The position numbers were made by a program, and so were the translations under genes. Below are positions 46,428 to 60,782 of a stretch of 64,000 nucleotides of DNA, in pieces. This DNA comes from Lophium mytilinum (Eukaryota). The notes below the pieces were generated by a model that was not told the origin of the DNA, did no database searches, and saw nothing but the letters and a program-made list of their open reading frames with translations. Where the stretch lies: positions 890,606 to 954,605 of the forward strand of contig MU004196.1 in the NCBI GenBank assembly GCA_010093605.1. The letters run 5' to 3'. The stretch's first letter is position 1, and the number at the start of each line of letters is the position of its first letter.

Positions 46428-49400
46428 ATGAGCTCCTCCGAACACAACGACCCCGCTGTCATGGGCGACCCAGGTGTGGACGTCATGGCCACGGCCATAC
46501 ACAGTGAAGGCGAGCCAGAGCCAACATCTCTCCCGTCCGTAGTCTCTCATGAGAAGCGTCGGGAGAGCGCCGTGGAAGAGCAGGAAATACCTCGCGCCGT
46601 CGCGGTGGATCCCGCGGTGAACGATGAGGCGGTAGAGCCCACCGATTCAAGGGTACGACCAGGCGACGAGTCCGACAGCACCCCACGGTCGGAGGTTCCG
46701 TCTGGAGTGGACGGTTGGGACCACAATGCCCATCCAGACCAGACGGGACACTCGGAAACAGGCTACTTTGCTCCACAGCCGTTGCGATATTTCTCCTCCA
46801 AACTTCCGCCCACAACGTCGTCTACAGAGCCGTCGCCAATACCGAGCCTCAATGCCTCGACTACCTCTGTCAACCGGCTTCACGTCGAGACTACTACCAA
46901 CTCCGCCGCCGCTCTGGAGCATCAGGATCGACCTCCTGTCCTCAGGGACCTCTCTACCACTTCCACGGCGAGCACGTCTACCGTAAGAGCACCGTCAGCG
47001 GAACCCACATATCAGTTCACCACACCTCCAAAGCCTCACAAAGATATCCCAAGCTATCCCAACCAAGCTTATGCCGCCCTTCAGACACAACATTACCCAC
47101 CGCCCTACTCACCGCAGATACTGCGCACACGAAGCTCTCACGCGGCACACTTCTCACCTTCCTCGAAAGCAGCAGCGTTCGGCCTTGCCAACGAGGAGCG
47201 TAGCATGCTAGACACAGGCTCTAGGACAGTAGGCAACTCCCCTGCGAGTACCCCTGGGTTATTTAGCCCAGCCACACCCTCGTCCTCGTATTCACACGAC
47301 GACCACGGCTCCTATCCTAGCCCGTATCTTCATTATACGCACCGGCAGGCTCCCAAAGAAACTCACGTTGCTGATGTTGACGTGGATCCCATTTCAGGAC
47401 GCAAGATCATCAACTCCTACGAGGTCATTGATGAGCTCGGGCGCGGAGTCCACGGCAAGGTCAAGCTTGGTCGTAACCTAGAGACGGGCGTCTTCGTTGC
47501 AATCAAGATCGTAGACCGATACTCCAAACGCCGCCGTCTCGGTAAGAATACCAACCACGAAGACAAAATTAAGAAGGAGATTGCCATCCTCAAGAAGGCG
47601 CGTCATCCGAACATTGTCAGTCTGCTCGAAGTGATTGACGACCCGAGTCGGAAGAAGGTGTACATCGTCTTGGAGCACGTGGAGCTCGGTGAGATAAAAT
47701 GGCGGACAGAGGCAGCAAAAGAGATTGCACAGGTAGAGTTTAGGAGATTCCAAAGGGAACGGCGAGGTATCTTCGATAATGATGCTGCCGTGCATGAAGA
47801 TGACAGCATCATCAACACAGCTCATCGCCGTTTAGAGAGGCGTGAGAGACAAAGGTTAAAAGAGTTGCACCAACGTCGTATGCTGCAGGAGCCGCAACTG
47901 CAGAGTTGGAGTTTTGAGCATGGCGGCGACTCGGATGAAGAGACGTCAGATAACGAGATCAGATCCAGCTCAACAGAGAACCGTGCGGTGGAACATGTTA
48001 GTGGTTACGACAATGGCGATGAGGGCCGAGCCGAACAGCGTCAACAAGGTAACATCCTCACTGCTTCGCGATCACAGACCCCTATCGCCGGGTCCCAGCA
48101 CATTACTCAACACGTAGATCTCACAGGCCTCGAAGGGACTATGTACGGAGCATATGAACCCGAAATATTCCGCGGACGCACCCCGAGTCTCGCTGGGAGT
48201 CTCTCTTCACACTACACCGACCCGGACGATATGAGCGACATAGAAGAACATTTCCGATATGTACCCCTCATGACCTTAGAGGGGACCCGGGAGGCATTCA
48301 GGGATACCGTACTCGGGCTAGAGTATCTCCACTACCAAGGTGTCATCCATCGAGATATCAAGCCCGCAAATCTTCTCCTAACCAAGGAGCATCGCGTCAA
48401 GATCTCGGATTTTGGTGTATCCTTCCTTGGCAAGCAGTCGCCCGACGAAAGCGATGACATGTCAGAGTCGGAAGCGCACGACGCCGACGAAGCTATCGAG
48501 CTCGCGAAGACCGTTGGTACGCCTGCGTTCTACGCTCCGGAACTGTGCCGGACGGACATCGATGCAGAAACTCCTCCGGTGACTGGCAAGATCGATGTGT
48601 GGGCTTTGGGTGTCACTCTGTACTGTCTCGTATTCGGCCGAGTACCCTTCCATGATCAGAACACGTTCGCATTAATGCGCGCCATCACTGAGGAAGAAGT
48701 ATACATCCCACGCTACCGGTTGAAGGCTGTCGCCGAGAAGTCCAATTCAAGACCCAGCTCGCATGGCCCCCTATATCACTCTATCAGCAGCAACAAACGA
48801 GCACCTCACGATCTTGAGTACGAGCCAGTCAATGACGATCTTCATGACCTGATCAAGCGACTACTTATCAAAGATCCCCGCAAGCGCATCACGCTTAAGG
48901 AGATCAAACATCACCCATGGCTTCTTCAAGGCATTGACAACAAGGTTGCTTGGGTCGAGGAGACGGATCCAACAAGACAAACGAAGGGCAGGAAGATTGA
49001 AGTCTCCAAGGACGAAGTTGCCCAAGCCGTCATGCCAATCAAGTTTATGGATCGGGTACAGTCCGTTTTCAAGAAGACCATAGGGGCAATGACAGGGCTT
49101 GGCACCCGAGCTGGATCAAGAAGACGAGCGCAAAGCTCCGCAACCAATCCCGACGGCCCGGGCCAGTTATCGACGGCTTCGTCAAGCAGCACAATTAGTC
49201 AAGACGGTCGCAGGCCGAGTCTCGCCATGAACGAGTCGATTTATGCTGCCTTGAGAAGCTCCAGAGAGCCCGATCATCCTCTTTCCCATAGTGTCACAGT
49301 GAGCCCAGAGGCTAAGGAACATTCCCACTATTTTGAAACTCCCGGTTCGCATTCAAGGCCGGAATCACCAATCAGCTATAGTGAGACCTCGGAGAATCCA

Positions 49401-50803
49401 AGCCCTCTCGCAAGCTCTTCAAGGCCACATCATCTTGAGCGTGCTCAATCGACAATGTCGACGGCAGCTTCAGTAAGAACTATTAGGCAATCGGATATGC
49501 TCAACACGTCTCGTACTGCTTCACCGCCTCTTCTACCAGCTCTTCCGGGTACACCACTAGCCTTGGATAGCCCAGGCGGGTCCAATCTAGGAGGAATATT
49601 TGGAGGCCTCCCTCGTCGGGTAATAACAAGTGTCAGAAGCCGGGACAGAAATTCAGGTCACCGACAGAGCCATAGCCGAGCGAAATCGATCGACCGGCTA
49701 GTCGACGCCGACGATGACGCTCATGGAGGACCGACCCTTGCTTTGAGTAACACACTCGCCGCGGGGCATGTAGACCCTCCTGCCGTTCTCAAAGACCATT
49801 CTCCAATTCACGCTGCTACGCGCCTCTTTCCTGATCCGATAGAACGTACATCATCACGACAGTCTTCAATCTCGTCAACATCCTCTCGTCTGAATTCGGT
49901 ATACACTATCGAAGAAAGAACGTCAGCTCAGAATCCTGGCAGCTATCCATTCCCTTCGCTGCAGCGAAACACTTCAGAGGACCGCTTCAACCGCGCAAAG
50001 GACGAGCTCATACGAAGACGAATGCTTGAAGATAACCAGCGTCGCGAAAGGCCACTGTCTGGAACTTATTCACGCCCAGCCAGCGCTTTGAGTCAAATTG
50101 CTTGTCCACCAAGTCCTGATGACGAAGTCTTCTTCGAAAGACAAAGACTAGACGACATGTTCGATCGTCAGCATCCTGGTCAAGGTTCATCTATGGAGAC
50201 TAGTCCAGTTGGCTATCCTGGAAGCATCAACACTGTACAGTCTGCAGCCTTGACATCGAGTTCTTCCGAGGAACACTTCACGTCCATGTCGCAATCTACA
50301 TCAAACCCCTCGATACCGTCTGTCATCTCAGCGACGTCGTCCATGGCACTTGACGACGGCTTTGCTGTGGATCTTACCAAGGATCAAGGTGCGCAAACAT
50401 CTCACGATCCCAATGTCGCCATCGCCGACGACTATGCGGGCTACGACGGAGAGTAAGTAAAGTCCTTTCAGTATTGCCGTAGAGCGGGCCCCATCAATAG
50501 CAGTGTCCCTTCTATATTAAACCAAGCTAATTTCATATCGTTATCTTAAGTCATGCTGTAGAGATTGGCGACGAAGAAGACGATTCCGACGAAGACGACT
50601 TTATTGTCATGAACAAGAAGAGCGGAGTCAGAAGAAGCGATTCTATTGCGAACGGTGTGCTCGCGCGCTCCTCGGATCGAGGGCTATCTTTCTCATCACG
50701 CAGGAGATCCAATCGCAGCGGCAGCAATGGCACCGTGAAAAAGGTCCGACCTCTCGAAGCAACCGATGATGATCGCCATCAATCACCCGACACGACCTCC
50801 TAA
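46428..50803 (+). CDS. SAK1: SNF1-activating kinase / CaMKK family (SAK1/TOS3/Ssp1-like) Ser/Thr kinase; intron 50453-50550
   Basis: KETH...GRKIINSYEVIDELGRGVHGKVKL, VAIKIV, EIAILKKARHPNIVSLLEVIDDP, long kinase insert, HRDIKPANLLL, KISDFGVS, ELAKTVGTPAFYAPE, IDVWALGVTLYC. Confidence 0.92.
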
Positions 50804-53205
50804 ACTCAACGATCTCAGATACCCATCATATGCAACGAACTTTCCACGACATAATCCTTTCACCTTACTACGTATCTTCAATCACGGGGCCATCGCACAC
50901 GTTTCAGATATGGAGCGTAGCGGTTCCCAGTTCGGCACCACGGCCAACTACATTCCGCCCTGTCTACTAGTACAATCCTACACCAGTAGGATGCAAGCCC
51001 CACCAAGGCCATGTACAACTCATTTTGCTCATGATATCAAAGTCCTCTAGCACGGCGTCGAAAGGCGTCTCCATATTTACGGCTACGGCAACTCGGCGAA
51101 AGATGCGATGGGTTGCACCCGCATACCTCGAGTACAACATCATCAACACGCTGGCCTAGATACAGCTTGCGTCGTTCGTCTATTCTTTTTTCTCTCTTCA
51201 ATCCCACTTCAAAGCCTTGTATACGTTTGTCGTGTGTGCGTATTCACTTCTTCTTGGGTTCCTTTGGGCGAAAAGGAAAATTATAGAGATTCTTTTGGTG
51301 GCTGGCATGGCACTCTCCTCCCCTCTTCTACATTCTTATTATTCTGCTTTTTTCCTTTCTGAACGAATACGCGCTGTATACGCTTTTCTTCATCATTCTT
51401 ATGCTTGGGGCGAAACCTGGTTGCGAGCATCCTCGGCGTGGCGTGGCAGGCCGTTGGTAAAATGTGGATGTGATGTGCATGGCTATTTAAAATGACCTGG
51501 GGCGGCTTTAGTTATTTCTGTGTTGCTGCGCATATCCATACTCATCATCGTCACTGCGTTTTTGTTGATGTATTGGATCATACCTGAGGTGTCTTTGAGA
51601 AGCGGCTTTGGGCGACTTTGATTGCATTTTGTGGAGTGGGTGGGTTGATAATGGCAGGCCATGACACTTAGGGGAGTGAAATTCACGCGAGATACTGTGA
51701 GGTATGCGCTCGCTCGCTACTGCTAGCATGATCTAGGCGAGTTTTATAGTAGGATCTAGGCAGTCGAACAATACCTACAGTATACCAGACAATAAATACA
51801 ACTTCTGATACCTCGAGCGTGCGACTCCAAACAAGGTACAGCGAAGGAAATTCCGATTTTCCCGTTGTCCCCTCCCATCTAATAAAGGGAAGAAATGTCA
51901 GTACCACAGATCTGCGCCAGCCTCTCATTAACCCCTCCCCTCTACCGCGTTCTGGCTTTGTCAATTTCGTTGGGAAAAGGGGCCTACAACATGCCCACAC
52001 CGCGTCTACGCGGCGTTTACCAAAGAAAGTTCCATGCGGTCGAATCTGTAATTTCTTCTAACACTTCGCCTCACTGCGTCCCCCAACGAGTACCGCATCT
52101 AGTAAGGCTACCGTCACTAAGCGTTATTGTTCGTACAGTCTACCCTACCATTAGACTGTCCGCCTTATCATTGCACCAAAGCGCTACCATACCCTGTGGA
52201 GACGGGGTTGAACATTTCAGGAACGACTAAGAATCACTCCTCACCCACTACATATTCGTTAGCCCCTAGCACAATATTTCATTTCAAGCGCACAAACCAC
52301 TACCTTTCACGTACTTGTTAACCTACTCATGTAGTAATTGAGGTTGACCAAGCCCCATTTCTAGGAGCGCCCTATCCATATTTTCAAGTCGGGTCCTTTT
52401 ACTATTTTCATTCGCCCTCTAATCCCGGGTGAAATTATGCTCTCACGCACCGCACCGTCGCACATACCTCTCAAAAGGCTCTTCGCCAATAGCAAGCCAA
52501 AGTGACAGACGCGCGGCAGGATTCAACCAGTCCTTGCTCTAAGAGCGAATCGAATCGAATCGAGTCGCGGAAGAACGCCTTCTCAGGGAATTGTCTCGAT
52601 ACTTCGCGTATACCACATATACACTGACTCCACAAACGGAAAACCCCACCAGCACGCCTCGCTTTCCTCGCTCCCACCCCATCTCCGCCTACATCGCGCT
52701 TCGCGTCTCTCACTTAACCAGTGTAGTGATCTGCACACAGCCCCATCGATGTAGCATAGCTGCCAAGCCCCAACCCGACGAATGCGAGACACGAGGAGCG
52801 GAGCCAATCAGCGACTACGCCGTTGCGCATTTAGAGCAAACAGGAAAATTGGTTTCGCTCTCCTCGCGTTAGGGAGGGGGGAGGCGGCGCGATGGTAGAT
52901 AAATGCGAGGTGGGACGCTGTTTTGGGGAGGGAGGTGCGTGGCCTTGATGGTGAGGCTGATTTGGGGTGCTGTTGAAGGGGATGGGGAGGGGAGAGGGAT
53001 GGGTATATAAGTAAGTGGACTTATCAAAGAAGGTGGAGAGCTCATATACTGATTACTTGATAGGGTTCGTTAGAGAATTTGATCCTGTCTACGAAGCTTA
53101 AGAAACCTTCCCGTTGTTGTATCATTCTGCCGCCTTACCTCCATTTCGGTCGTCTTCAATTACCTCTTTACTCGAAAGCATTTGCTCGAACAAAAGTTGC
53201 TCAAC

Positions 53206-54276
53206 ATGGCTAAAGACAATGACGCGACTAACGACAGCATCTGGCTCTACACCCCCTCCACCGCCCTCGCCATCGTCGTCGCGACCCTCTACCTCATCCC
53301 CACCTCCCTCCTCTTCTACCAAACCATCCTCAAATACCGCAGCTGGTTCTTCCTCTGCGTGCTCATCGGGAGCTGTCTCGAAGTCGGGGGCTACATCGCG
53401 CGTGCCGTGAGCACGAAGCAAGTCACCGAGATCGTGAGTAGCCTTCCCCCTTCCCCATCTCAAAGAAAAAGATGACGACTGCTGAGGTCGATACTGTTGT
53501 GGATACTGACGTTTCATGCCAGCCCCCCTTCGCCGCCTCCTCAACCCTCATCATCCTCGCCCCGATCTTCGTCGCCGCGGGAAACTACCTCCTCATCGGT
53601 CGCCTGATCCGCGTCGTCCTCCCGCCCCCCTCTGCGTCTGCCACAGCAACTGCTTCCACCTCATCTGCCAAGCGCATCTTCGGCCTCCGCGCGCAGCATA
53701 TCACCCGCATCTTCGTTGGCTGTGACGTTCTTTCCTGCTTGATCCAAGCCTCGGGCTCTGGCATCGCGTCGTCGGGCAATTGGACCGGGAACAGCGCGAA
53801 AGTGGGCACGGATGTGCTGATAGCGGGACTGAGCACGCAGGTGGGGACGTTTGTGTGGTTCCTCGCTATCGTGTGGAGATTCTCGGTACTGACTAAAAGA
53901 GGGGGTTTGGTGGTGGACGGGGCGCCGGAGGGGTGGCTGAAGGTGTTATGGGCCATTTATGCGAGTAGTGCGTTGATTCTAGTGAGTTCTGTTCAACCTA
54001 GGTGTATTTGGAGCTAGGTGGTGGTGGTGGTGGACTAAGTTGCTGAGTTGATTGGTGTGTTAGGTCCGCTGCGTTTATCGAGTCATCGAGTTTGCGCTTG
54101 GGATTGATGGATACCCGTTCACGCACGAGTGGGTATTTTACGTGTTTGAGTCGCTGCCGATGTTGCCGGCTATCTCGGTGTTTTGCGTGTATCATCCGGC
54201 AAGGTATTTGGGAAAGGCTGGGTGGCTGCAGAAGCAGGTGAGCGAGGAGCCGGGGGTGGAGTTGCTGCCAGCTTAG
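53206..54276 (+). CDS. RTA1-like lipid-translocating exporter (7TM), 3 exons
   Basis: WLYTPSTALA, LEVGGYIARAVS, LIILAPIFVAAGNYLLIGRLI, ITRIFVGCDVLSCLIQASGSG, GLSTQV, ILVRCVYRVIEF, HEWVFYVFESLPM, YHPARYL. Confidence 0.92.
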
Positions 54277-54628
54277 TAGACGAGAAGGGAAATCGGAGGG
54301 CACTGTATCCTAGGTCGAGGGTTAGACTTGTATTGAAGCAACAGATCAGGCGATTGAAAGGGTTCCGTAGCGAAAGACTTGGGATGGGTGGGTGAGAGCA
54401 TTCGGTTCCATCGAGTAGATCCGTGTAGGAGCAGGGGTACCGGTAATGTTCCATCTCGATAAATCTCATAGCGATTGTTCATAGAATGATTAGAAAAGGA
54501 AGACCCAGATACGCCGTTTGATCATCCAGGGGTATAGTCTTTAAAACGAAAGTGCAGCCGGACGCCTGACTATGTTAGTGCATAGCGCCAATGAGTACTG
54601 ATTGGATACGATATACCTGATGATTATA

Positions 54629-56108
54629 CTATGAGTCGCCGTTAGTGAGTTCCTGTAAGCTACCATTGAAAGCTGGATCATAGATCTCCAATTGGCGCTT
54701 CTTGAGAGCTCCGTGGAATCTATGAAATGGATACGTCGAGATAGTCCTGCACCACTCAACGTGGGACCTATAGCTTGCTGGCAGGCTCCGGTAGATGTTG
54801 AGAATCCATTCCATGAATGCAGAAGGCGCATTCACGCCTTGAAACCCCAACCGCTCGAACATCAGTATGGGAGTCAAGATGGCCTGGATGGCGATCCAAT
54901 GCGCGAGAAGTATCTGCGCCACGCAATTGTTTGGATCGATGAAGGTTTGGAACTCCTCATGGGTCCAGGTCGACGGAATGTTGTAGGTTGTTACAAAAGT
55001 TGTGTAAGCTGCCTCCACACTTAGTGACCGTTGATGGGGAAGGTAGTATAGGGCCTTACCTGCGACTGGATCATTGTAGGCGTGTTGGACCGTCTGAACT
55101 AAGGTAGAATAGAAAGCCCTCTCCCAGTCAGCGAGAGCCAGCGTTTCTACCATCTCTAGGGACTCGGCAGCTCTGTCAAGATGATCAGGAGATATCGCAC
55201 AGTAGGCGGAGTTCGCAAGTCGGTTCTGCATCGTTGCGAGATGGCCCTCCGCGCGGAAAGCGTGGAATGCCGAATCAGCGTTCATCAGCTGGTCTTTTCC
55301 AGCAATGAGATTGCACCCGCGGACCATGGTCAGAAACTCGTATAAGCCATCCCGAAGATGACTTGACTGGAAAGCCAAAGCTAATGCAGCTGCCATCCGG
55401 GCGTCGCTCTCGCATCTGGTTTTGGCAGGATGCGAGAGGGCATCGTTCAGGGACTTCATCGCAAGGATGCGATGCGATAGTGCTTCTTCTGCAACATTGG
55501 CACTAGACACTGCGTCTAGATGGGAAGCAGATAGAGCGAGAATCGAATGAATGAGGAACTCGTACTGCATTGATTAGCTGCGGTGTTGTGAATGGAGCGA
55601 AATGCCACGTACGTTATGTGCAAAGCTGGGGATCACAGTGATCCAGATCTTATCCGCTCCGACAGGAAGATGTGGATACGCAGTGATGAGGAAGTGATGG
55701 AAAAGCCTGAATCAGATAAGTATAGGTTTCATACATCATTACCAACGCCCATCGTATCTACCTCATGTCAGACATGGTGAAGTTGCCAGGCGTGCTCCTC
55801 AAGGTCACTGCATCTTTGGGCGCAGGAGGCTGATTAAGTCGCTGTGCTGCTTGGATGATATTCGCAGGATATTCGCAGTCCAAGCCTGCTTTGTTGCAAT
55901 GATTGCATTCTGGATAATTCTCATTGCACTTGATTCTTCGACGCTTGCAGTTGAAGCACCCGCGTCTTGATTTAGTATGTCCTTTCCGTGGAATGGGCCT
56001 CCTCGCCACAGGAGAAGAGACTGAATCACTGCCAGACGGCTCGGTGCAAAGAGGCTTGTCCAAATTGGAGTCGCTGGACGTGCTGGGGGTAGCTATGGAG
56101 CTATTCAT
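54629..56108 (-). CDS. Zn(II)2Cys6 transcription factor, Upc2/Ecm22-like C-terminal domain, multi-exon
   Basis: RKGHTKSRRGCFNCKRRRIKCNENYPECNHCNKAGLDCEYP; DMR-LFHHFL..AYPHLP; YEFLIHSILALSASHL. Confidence 0.9.
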
Positions 56109-56925
56109 GACTGACAGACTGCTCAAAGCAATTCATTGAAGCTTCGACACGACCGTATAGCAGAAGGAGAACAGAACTTGTCATCTGCGAGGGTTGTTCC
56201 TGGACATGTTATGGTGTTCTGTCTCTAGTCAACCTTGTAGTTAACTTAGAAGTACGAGTGTGGTGGCTTAGACTAGGGTCGCTAGGTGTCGCGTATCCAC
56301 CTGCGTCGATGGCTGGCGTAGCAGCTGAGCGTTGAGGTGGCGCCCTCGTTAGGCTGACTCAAAGCCAGCCAGCTACTGCACGAGAAATATGAAGGTGGAT
56401 GCGAGATCGACACGTCCGCGGCATGCCCGTGGGCCAATGGAGTATGGTGATTTTCCTTTGTTCTTTACGACGCACCCCTCACCGGCCACCGGCGCCCAGA
56501 CGACGTAGAGAGAAGGCAGCCATATAGTCGTAAGCTTAATCTCTCGAGGACGCTATAAACAGCAACACCATCACGATGCAGCCGCCAATCGGATCTTAGT
56601 GTGTGAGTGAAATATGCAGGTAAGTGCATGTGTGCCGACCAAGGGCATCACGGAGAAGTAGCGAGAGCCCGACTCTAAGACCCATTGCTCATTGCATTGC
56701 CTATTTCGTACAGTCCTGCCGACCCTTCGTGACGGCGACCATTGTTGTCTTGTTCACCGCGCCCTTCAGTGCTTCAGCCCTTCGAGGTAGTCATCTGGTT
56801 GATGAAATGATTCGTCAATCTCGCAGCAGCCACGCTCGAGTCCCTGGCTTTCATTGGCTTTTCGGCCCCATCCGAATTGATCACAGATTTATCCTTTGCC
56901 GAACACCACGAGTCTACCGGAAATC

Positions 56926-58463
56926 TCACGGGTAGCCTCCCGAGTCGCCTCCTGAGTATCCCGGGTACGAGTAGTCAGGGCCAGCACCGTTGCCGTACTG
57001 GGTCAACGGGACTGCTGCGTCATCGTTCTTCAGGTCTGTTGCTATACCCCTAACAATCTGCTTAGTCTGTGTGTCTGCAGCACGGGGCCCGTCGATTGTT
57101 TCTGAATCTCGGAACGTTAGCCCTGATCTATTCGAGTCTCGCTGTGACATATGCCGTAGGGGAATCAGAGTGAAATCCGATGTAATCTCCCTTGCGGAGA
57201 AGGAACACTTACGGTAGAAGGCCGTGATCAGAGGAAAGACGGAGGAAGCGAGTAGCGTCAGCGACATCAGCTGCGCAAAGGAGTAGTCGTTGTTCTTTGC
57301 GCCGAGGTACCACTCATCAATCTCTTGCCCAGTCCGCAGTTTGTTGTTATAGTATGTCGCAGCCCCTGCAACGACGAGATTGGAAAATGTGATACCACAC
57401 CGGAAGAAGAACCCGATTCTTCCCTCCAAGAACTCCGAAAAGGACTCGACAGCTAAGAAAATGAGACCAATGATGAAAGAGACAGTCATAGGTATTAGTA
57501 GGCCCCAGAACTGTGTCGTAGACCCACTGCCACTTAGTTGGGGTAGCAGTGCCGTAGATATATTGTGAGTCTCGAAGAACTCGTGGTTCAATAGGCTGTC
57601 GGCCCCAGTAATATAGCAGGATATCGGCATAATTGCAGCTGAGCCAGCAGTCATTGGGAACCCCTTGACATCACGGCTCTTATACAATAGCCATGTAAAG
57701 CAAAAGGTAAGCAGGATACCAATTAGCCGAAGGCTAGCGAGCCAGCCATTCTTGCGGAACCATTTCGGTATGTTGGTTATGGCGAAGGTATGCGTGATCA
57801 TCGCCATCAAGAGCAGATAACAGACTATGTTGTATTGATATACAGAGAGGTCACAGCTTTGTAGGAGTGTTGCAAAAGCAAGTGCAATCCCAGCGGTGAG
57901 AGCTGCGTCACTAAAAGTGTGGAGTATGGTGTCAATGCTGTGGATGATCCGCTTGTACTTCTTATGACTGCGTGACAGTTAGTACTCGCCGCCGATTTCT
58001 GTGGACGTAAACTTACTCTCGTCTTGTTTGAGATGGTGGTTGATAGCGGGCATGGAAGATGAGGTATGAATAGTCCATCAGTAGCAAAAATGCAGCTACC
58101 AAAGCAAGGAAAGACGTGATTTGGAAAGCACGAATAACCTGTTCAATTGTTAGCATGAATCATAAGATGTGCCCGTCCCATGTTATCTCAAACCCGGAGC
58201 CCGCGATGTCTTGCAAATATTCCCAGTGACATGAGTGTCTTCAGTGTACTTATTTTATACGAGGGGTTGCGAGGATATGGAATGTTGTGGGTACGATGAG
58301 CACGTCTTGCTTATCAACTTACATTGGTTCCAGTAATATCGTTGTTGGGCACCAACTTCTGGTCGTCGTCGAGATGGGTAGCGTTCGCATAAAGCGCAAA
58401 GTCGCAAGAAATAGTTCGATTAGGGCAATGGCCCTTGAGACCCGCGAGAAGACCTTTCGCCAT
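56926..58463 (-). CDS. Hypothetical multi-pass membrane protein, multi-exon
   Basis: Exon 1 MAKGLL...CDF...NNDITGTN|gtaagt joined to VIRAFQITSFLALV; FSDAALTAGIALAFA; several TM helices; YSFAQLMSLTLL motif near the C-terminus. Confidence 0.7.
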
Positions 58464-59597
58464 GTTCGACGGCGACTTTGGCAAGCGAGGGGCCCACGCT
58501 ACAGAGATCGATTGATGGAGGATATCGAAGAGAGCTTAGAGAGAAGGTGATGTGGAGGGAAACGTAGGTAGTATTGAAGTGTATAGTCGGCTCTATTCAC
58601 GGCTACAACTACAAGATGATTTGGAACGAATGTCAATACAGCCTCAGGGGAAAGCGCAGCGGTTCAACGTCCTTAAGAGAAATTCCTCACACTCCGCTTT
58701 CCCTTTCCAAGAGGTTTCCAAGAGGCTTCCAAGAAGCTAAGACGAGGCTGAAAAGATCAGACTCAAGGGTCTGGTCTTTGTAACCTCCTCAGCGCCTTAA
58801 TTCTGAGCAAAAGACCAAGCATCCTTGCAAGAGAAGATGCTCCTAGAGGTTATACTGGCTAGGTCTAGATGAAAAGGTACGGAGATGCCCACTGGGCCTC
58901 GGCTGAGAAAGCCTAACTCACCGGCCATGCAGGTCGCGCAATTTTTAGAGCCTTACTAACCCACTAAAACGACTCCGGATGTTTAATTTTTAGGGTCGTG
59001 CATCTTAATAGTTGGGGCTAAAAGGTGGTGGCGCTTGCTGGATCCTGGCGATGGAAGGGAGTTAGGCCTACCCGAGACACAAGCCCCGTGAATGTGCCGA
59101 TATCGTAGCAAAACGGGCTGGATAGCCAGGGGGATGGCATCTCCATCTTGACCGGTCGACAGTCGCGTGCTGATGATCGCTAAATGTCCTTGCTGGGCCT
59201 CCTTTCTAGGATTTATAAGCCTATCTTGGGATTTAGTAAGGTCCCTATTGCGAAAATAGATAATATCAGAATTCTCCGGTCAACGCGAACCCAGTAATGG
59301 AAATAAGAAGGGTCATCAAGTGGACTGGACTTCGCAGAGAAGCTGCTTCGTACCTGCATCGAAATGTGTCGTGATGTAAGACGCGTAGTTGGTGCCGGAG
59401 GAAGTTGAACGCCACTTTGTGTGCCAAGAAGAGTGTAGCATCGCCCCTGCATTCGGCCCCCAACGATAGCCGTGCTCGTCTTATTCCCGTATTTCAAGAT
59501 TGCTTAAACCTTCAAGCCTCTTTCTATCCGGCCCCATACACACTCAGTGGTCTACTCCGTTGCTGTGCGCTTTGCTTACATTGACATCATCTACAAT

Positions 59598-60221
59598 ATG
59601 CCTATTCTCGAGGTCTGCCTGCTGCGACTGAAAGATGGACTGTCAGCCTACGACCATGCATTACTCAAGACTCTGTCTACAGTACGATCGGTCCTGAAGA
59701 CTGACTCCAAGTTCTATAACTGCATCGAAGACCCATCTCTCGTCTACATCCTGGGAATATGGCCGACTCACGAAGCCCATAAAGCTTTTCTTGCATCACC
59801 TGAGAAGGAGAAGGTCCTTGGCCCACAAGAGGATCAGCTTGAATTCCAATGGATACTTCACATGGAGCTTGACGACATATCATTGTTGCCTCTGGACGCA
59901 CCGGTTATGGCGATAGCGAGGCTATTTATAAAAGGAGGCAAGCACATCGAGGAGTACAATCGGATAGTGAGCAAATATCGAGCAACCATTGTGGACGGGA
60001 CCAAGCCGTACAACGTAGTCGATGGGTGGAGGAGCGACTCGGAGCCTGGGAAACAAGAAGCACTCATGTTCTCTGGTTGGGCGAGCATAGAAGCACACAG
60101 GGCATTCACGGCAAAGATGAGAGGAGAGGAGGATTATGCAAGTGTGCGTAACAACTACGAAGGGATGGAGGTTCGACATGCCCGAGATATGGAACGAATC
60201 GCCAGAATACCGCAGGAATAG
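59598..60221 (+). CDS. Dimeric alpha-beta barrel / ABM-like protein (two half-domains)
   Basis: MPILEVCLLRLK, IEDPSLVYILGIWPTHEAHKAF, LPLDAPVMAIARLF, FSGWASIEAHRAF (repeated W.S.EAH..F motif). Confidence 0.75.
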   Translation: MPILEVCLLRLKDGLSAYDHALLKTLSTVRSVLKTDSKFYNCIEDPSLVYILGIWPTHEAHKAFLASPEKEKVLGPQEDQLEFQWILHMELDDISLLPLDAPVMAIARLFIKGGKHIEEYNRIVSKYRATIVDGTKPYNVVDGWRSDSEPGKQEALMFSGWASIEAHRAFTAKMRGEEDYASVRNNYEGMEVRHARDMERIARIPQE

Positions 60222-60782
60222 GCTTTGCTTTGGCCATCTCTCCTCCGCATTAGCATATCAGATCTCTTCGGCAATCGACACTAATCTTTCATATTGTCAA
60301 AGACACCTCAGGGTGCACGATTGCTAACGTTGTTCGCCTAAAACTCTAGTACTTTCAAACTAGGGCAATACAGGTATTATACGAAAAATACAATTAGGCA
60401 AGAATGAAAGCTATCGCAAAGATTCCTATTTAGGTATTGTACTGGCCGCCTTGTGCTTCAAAATCTCGGCTTCATGTTGTTCATCACCGAGGGCTACCAA
60501 GTACTTACCTCGCATGTCAGAGCGGAACAGCCGCAGCCCACTGTTTATATTGACTATTCCCTGACGATACCCTTGCAGGAAGATCCCGAGTTACTGCCAG
60601 CTTGAGCAGGCTCGTTCTCACCTTGATAAGACTTAGGGTTAACCCCGCAGTTACGTTGCATCGTACCAAAGTACTCGCTACCATGCATCTTCGGATCTCA
60701 AGCCGCTTTCCTCGCAGCTTAATACTCCGAACGCCACCTTGGGCTTCCCTGCAGTAGAGCCCTTTCTTCCTCACTTTTCAGG

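Noticed and set aside
58190..58235. Second DIAGSG-like motif inside intron 1 of the membrane-protein gene (possible alternative exon)
   Set aside because: In-frame stop just upstream, no start or acceptor, and incompatible donor phase.
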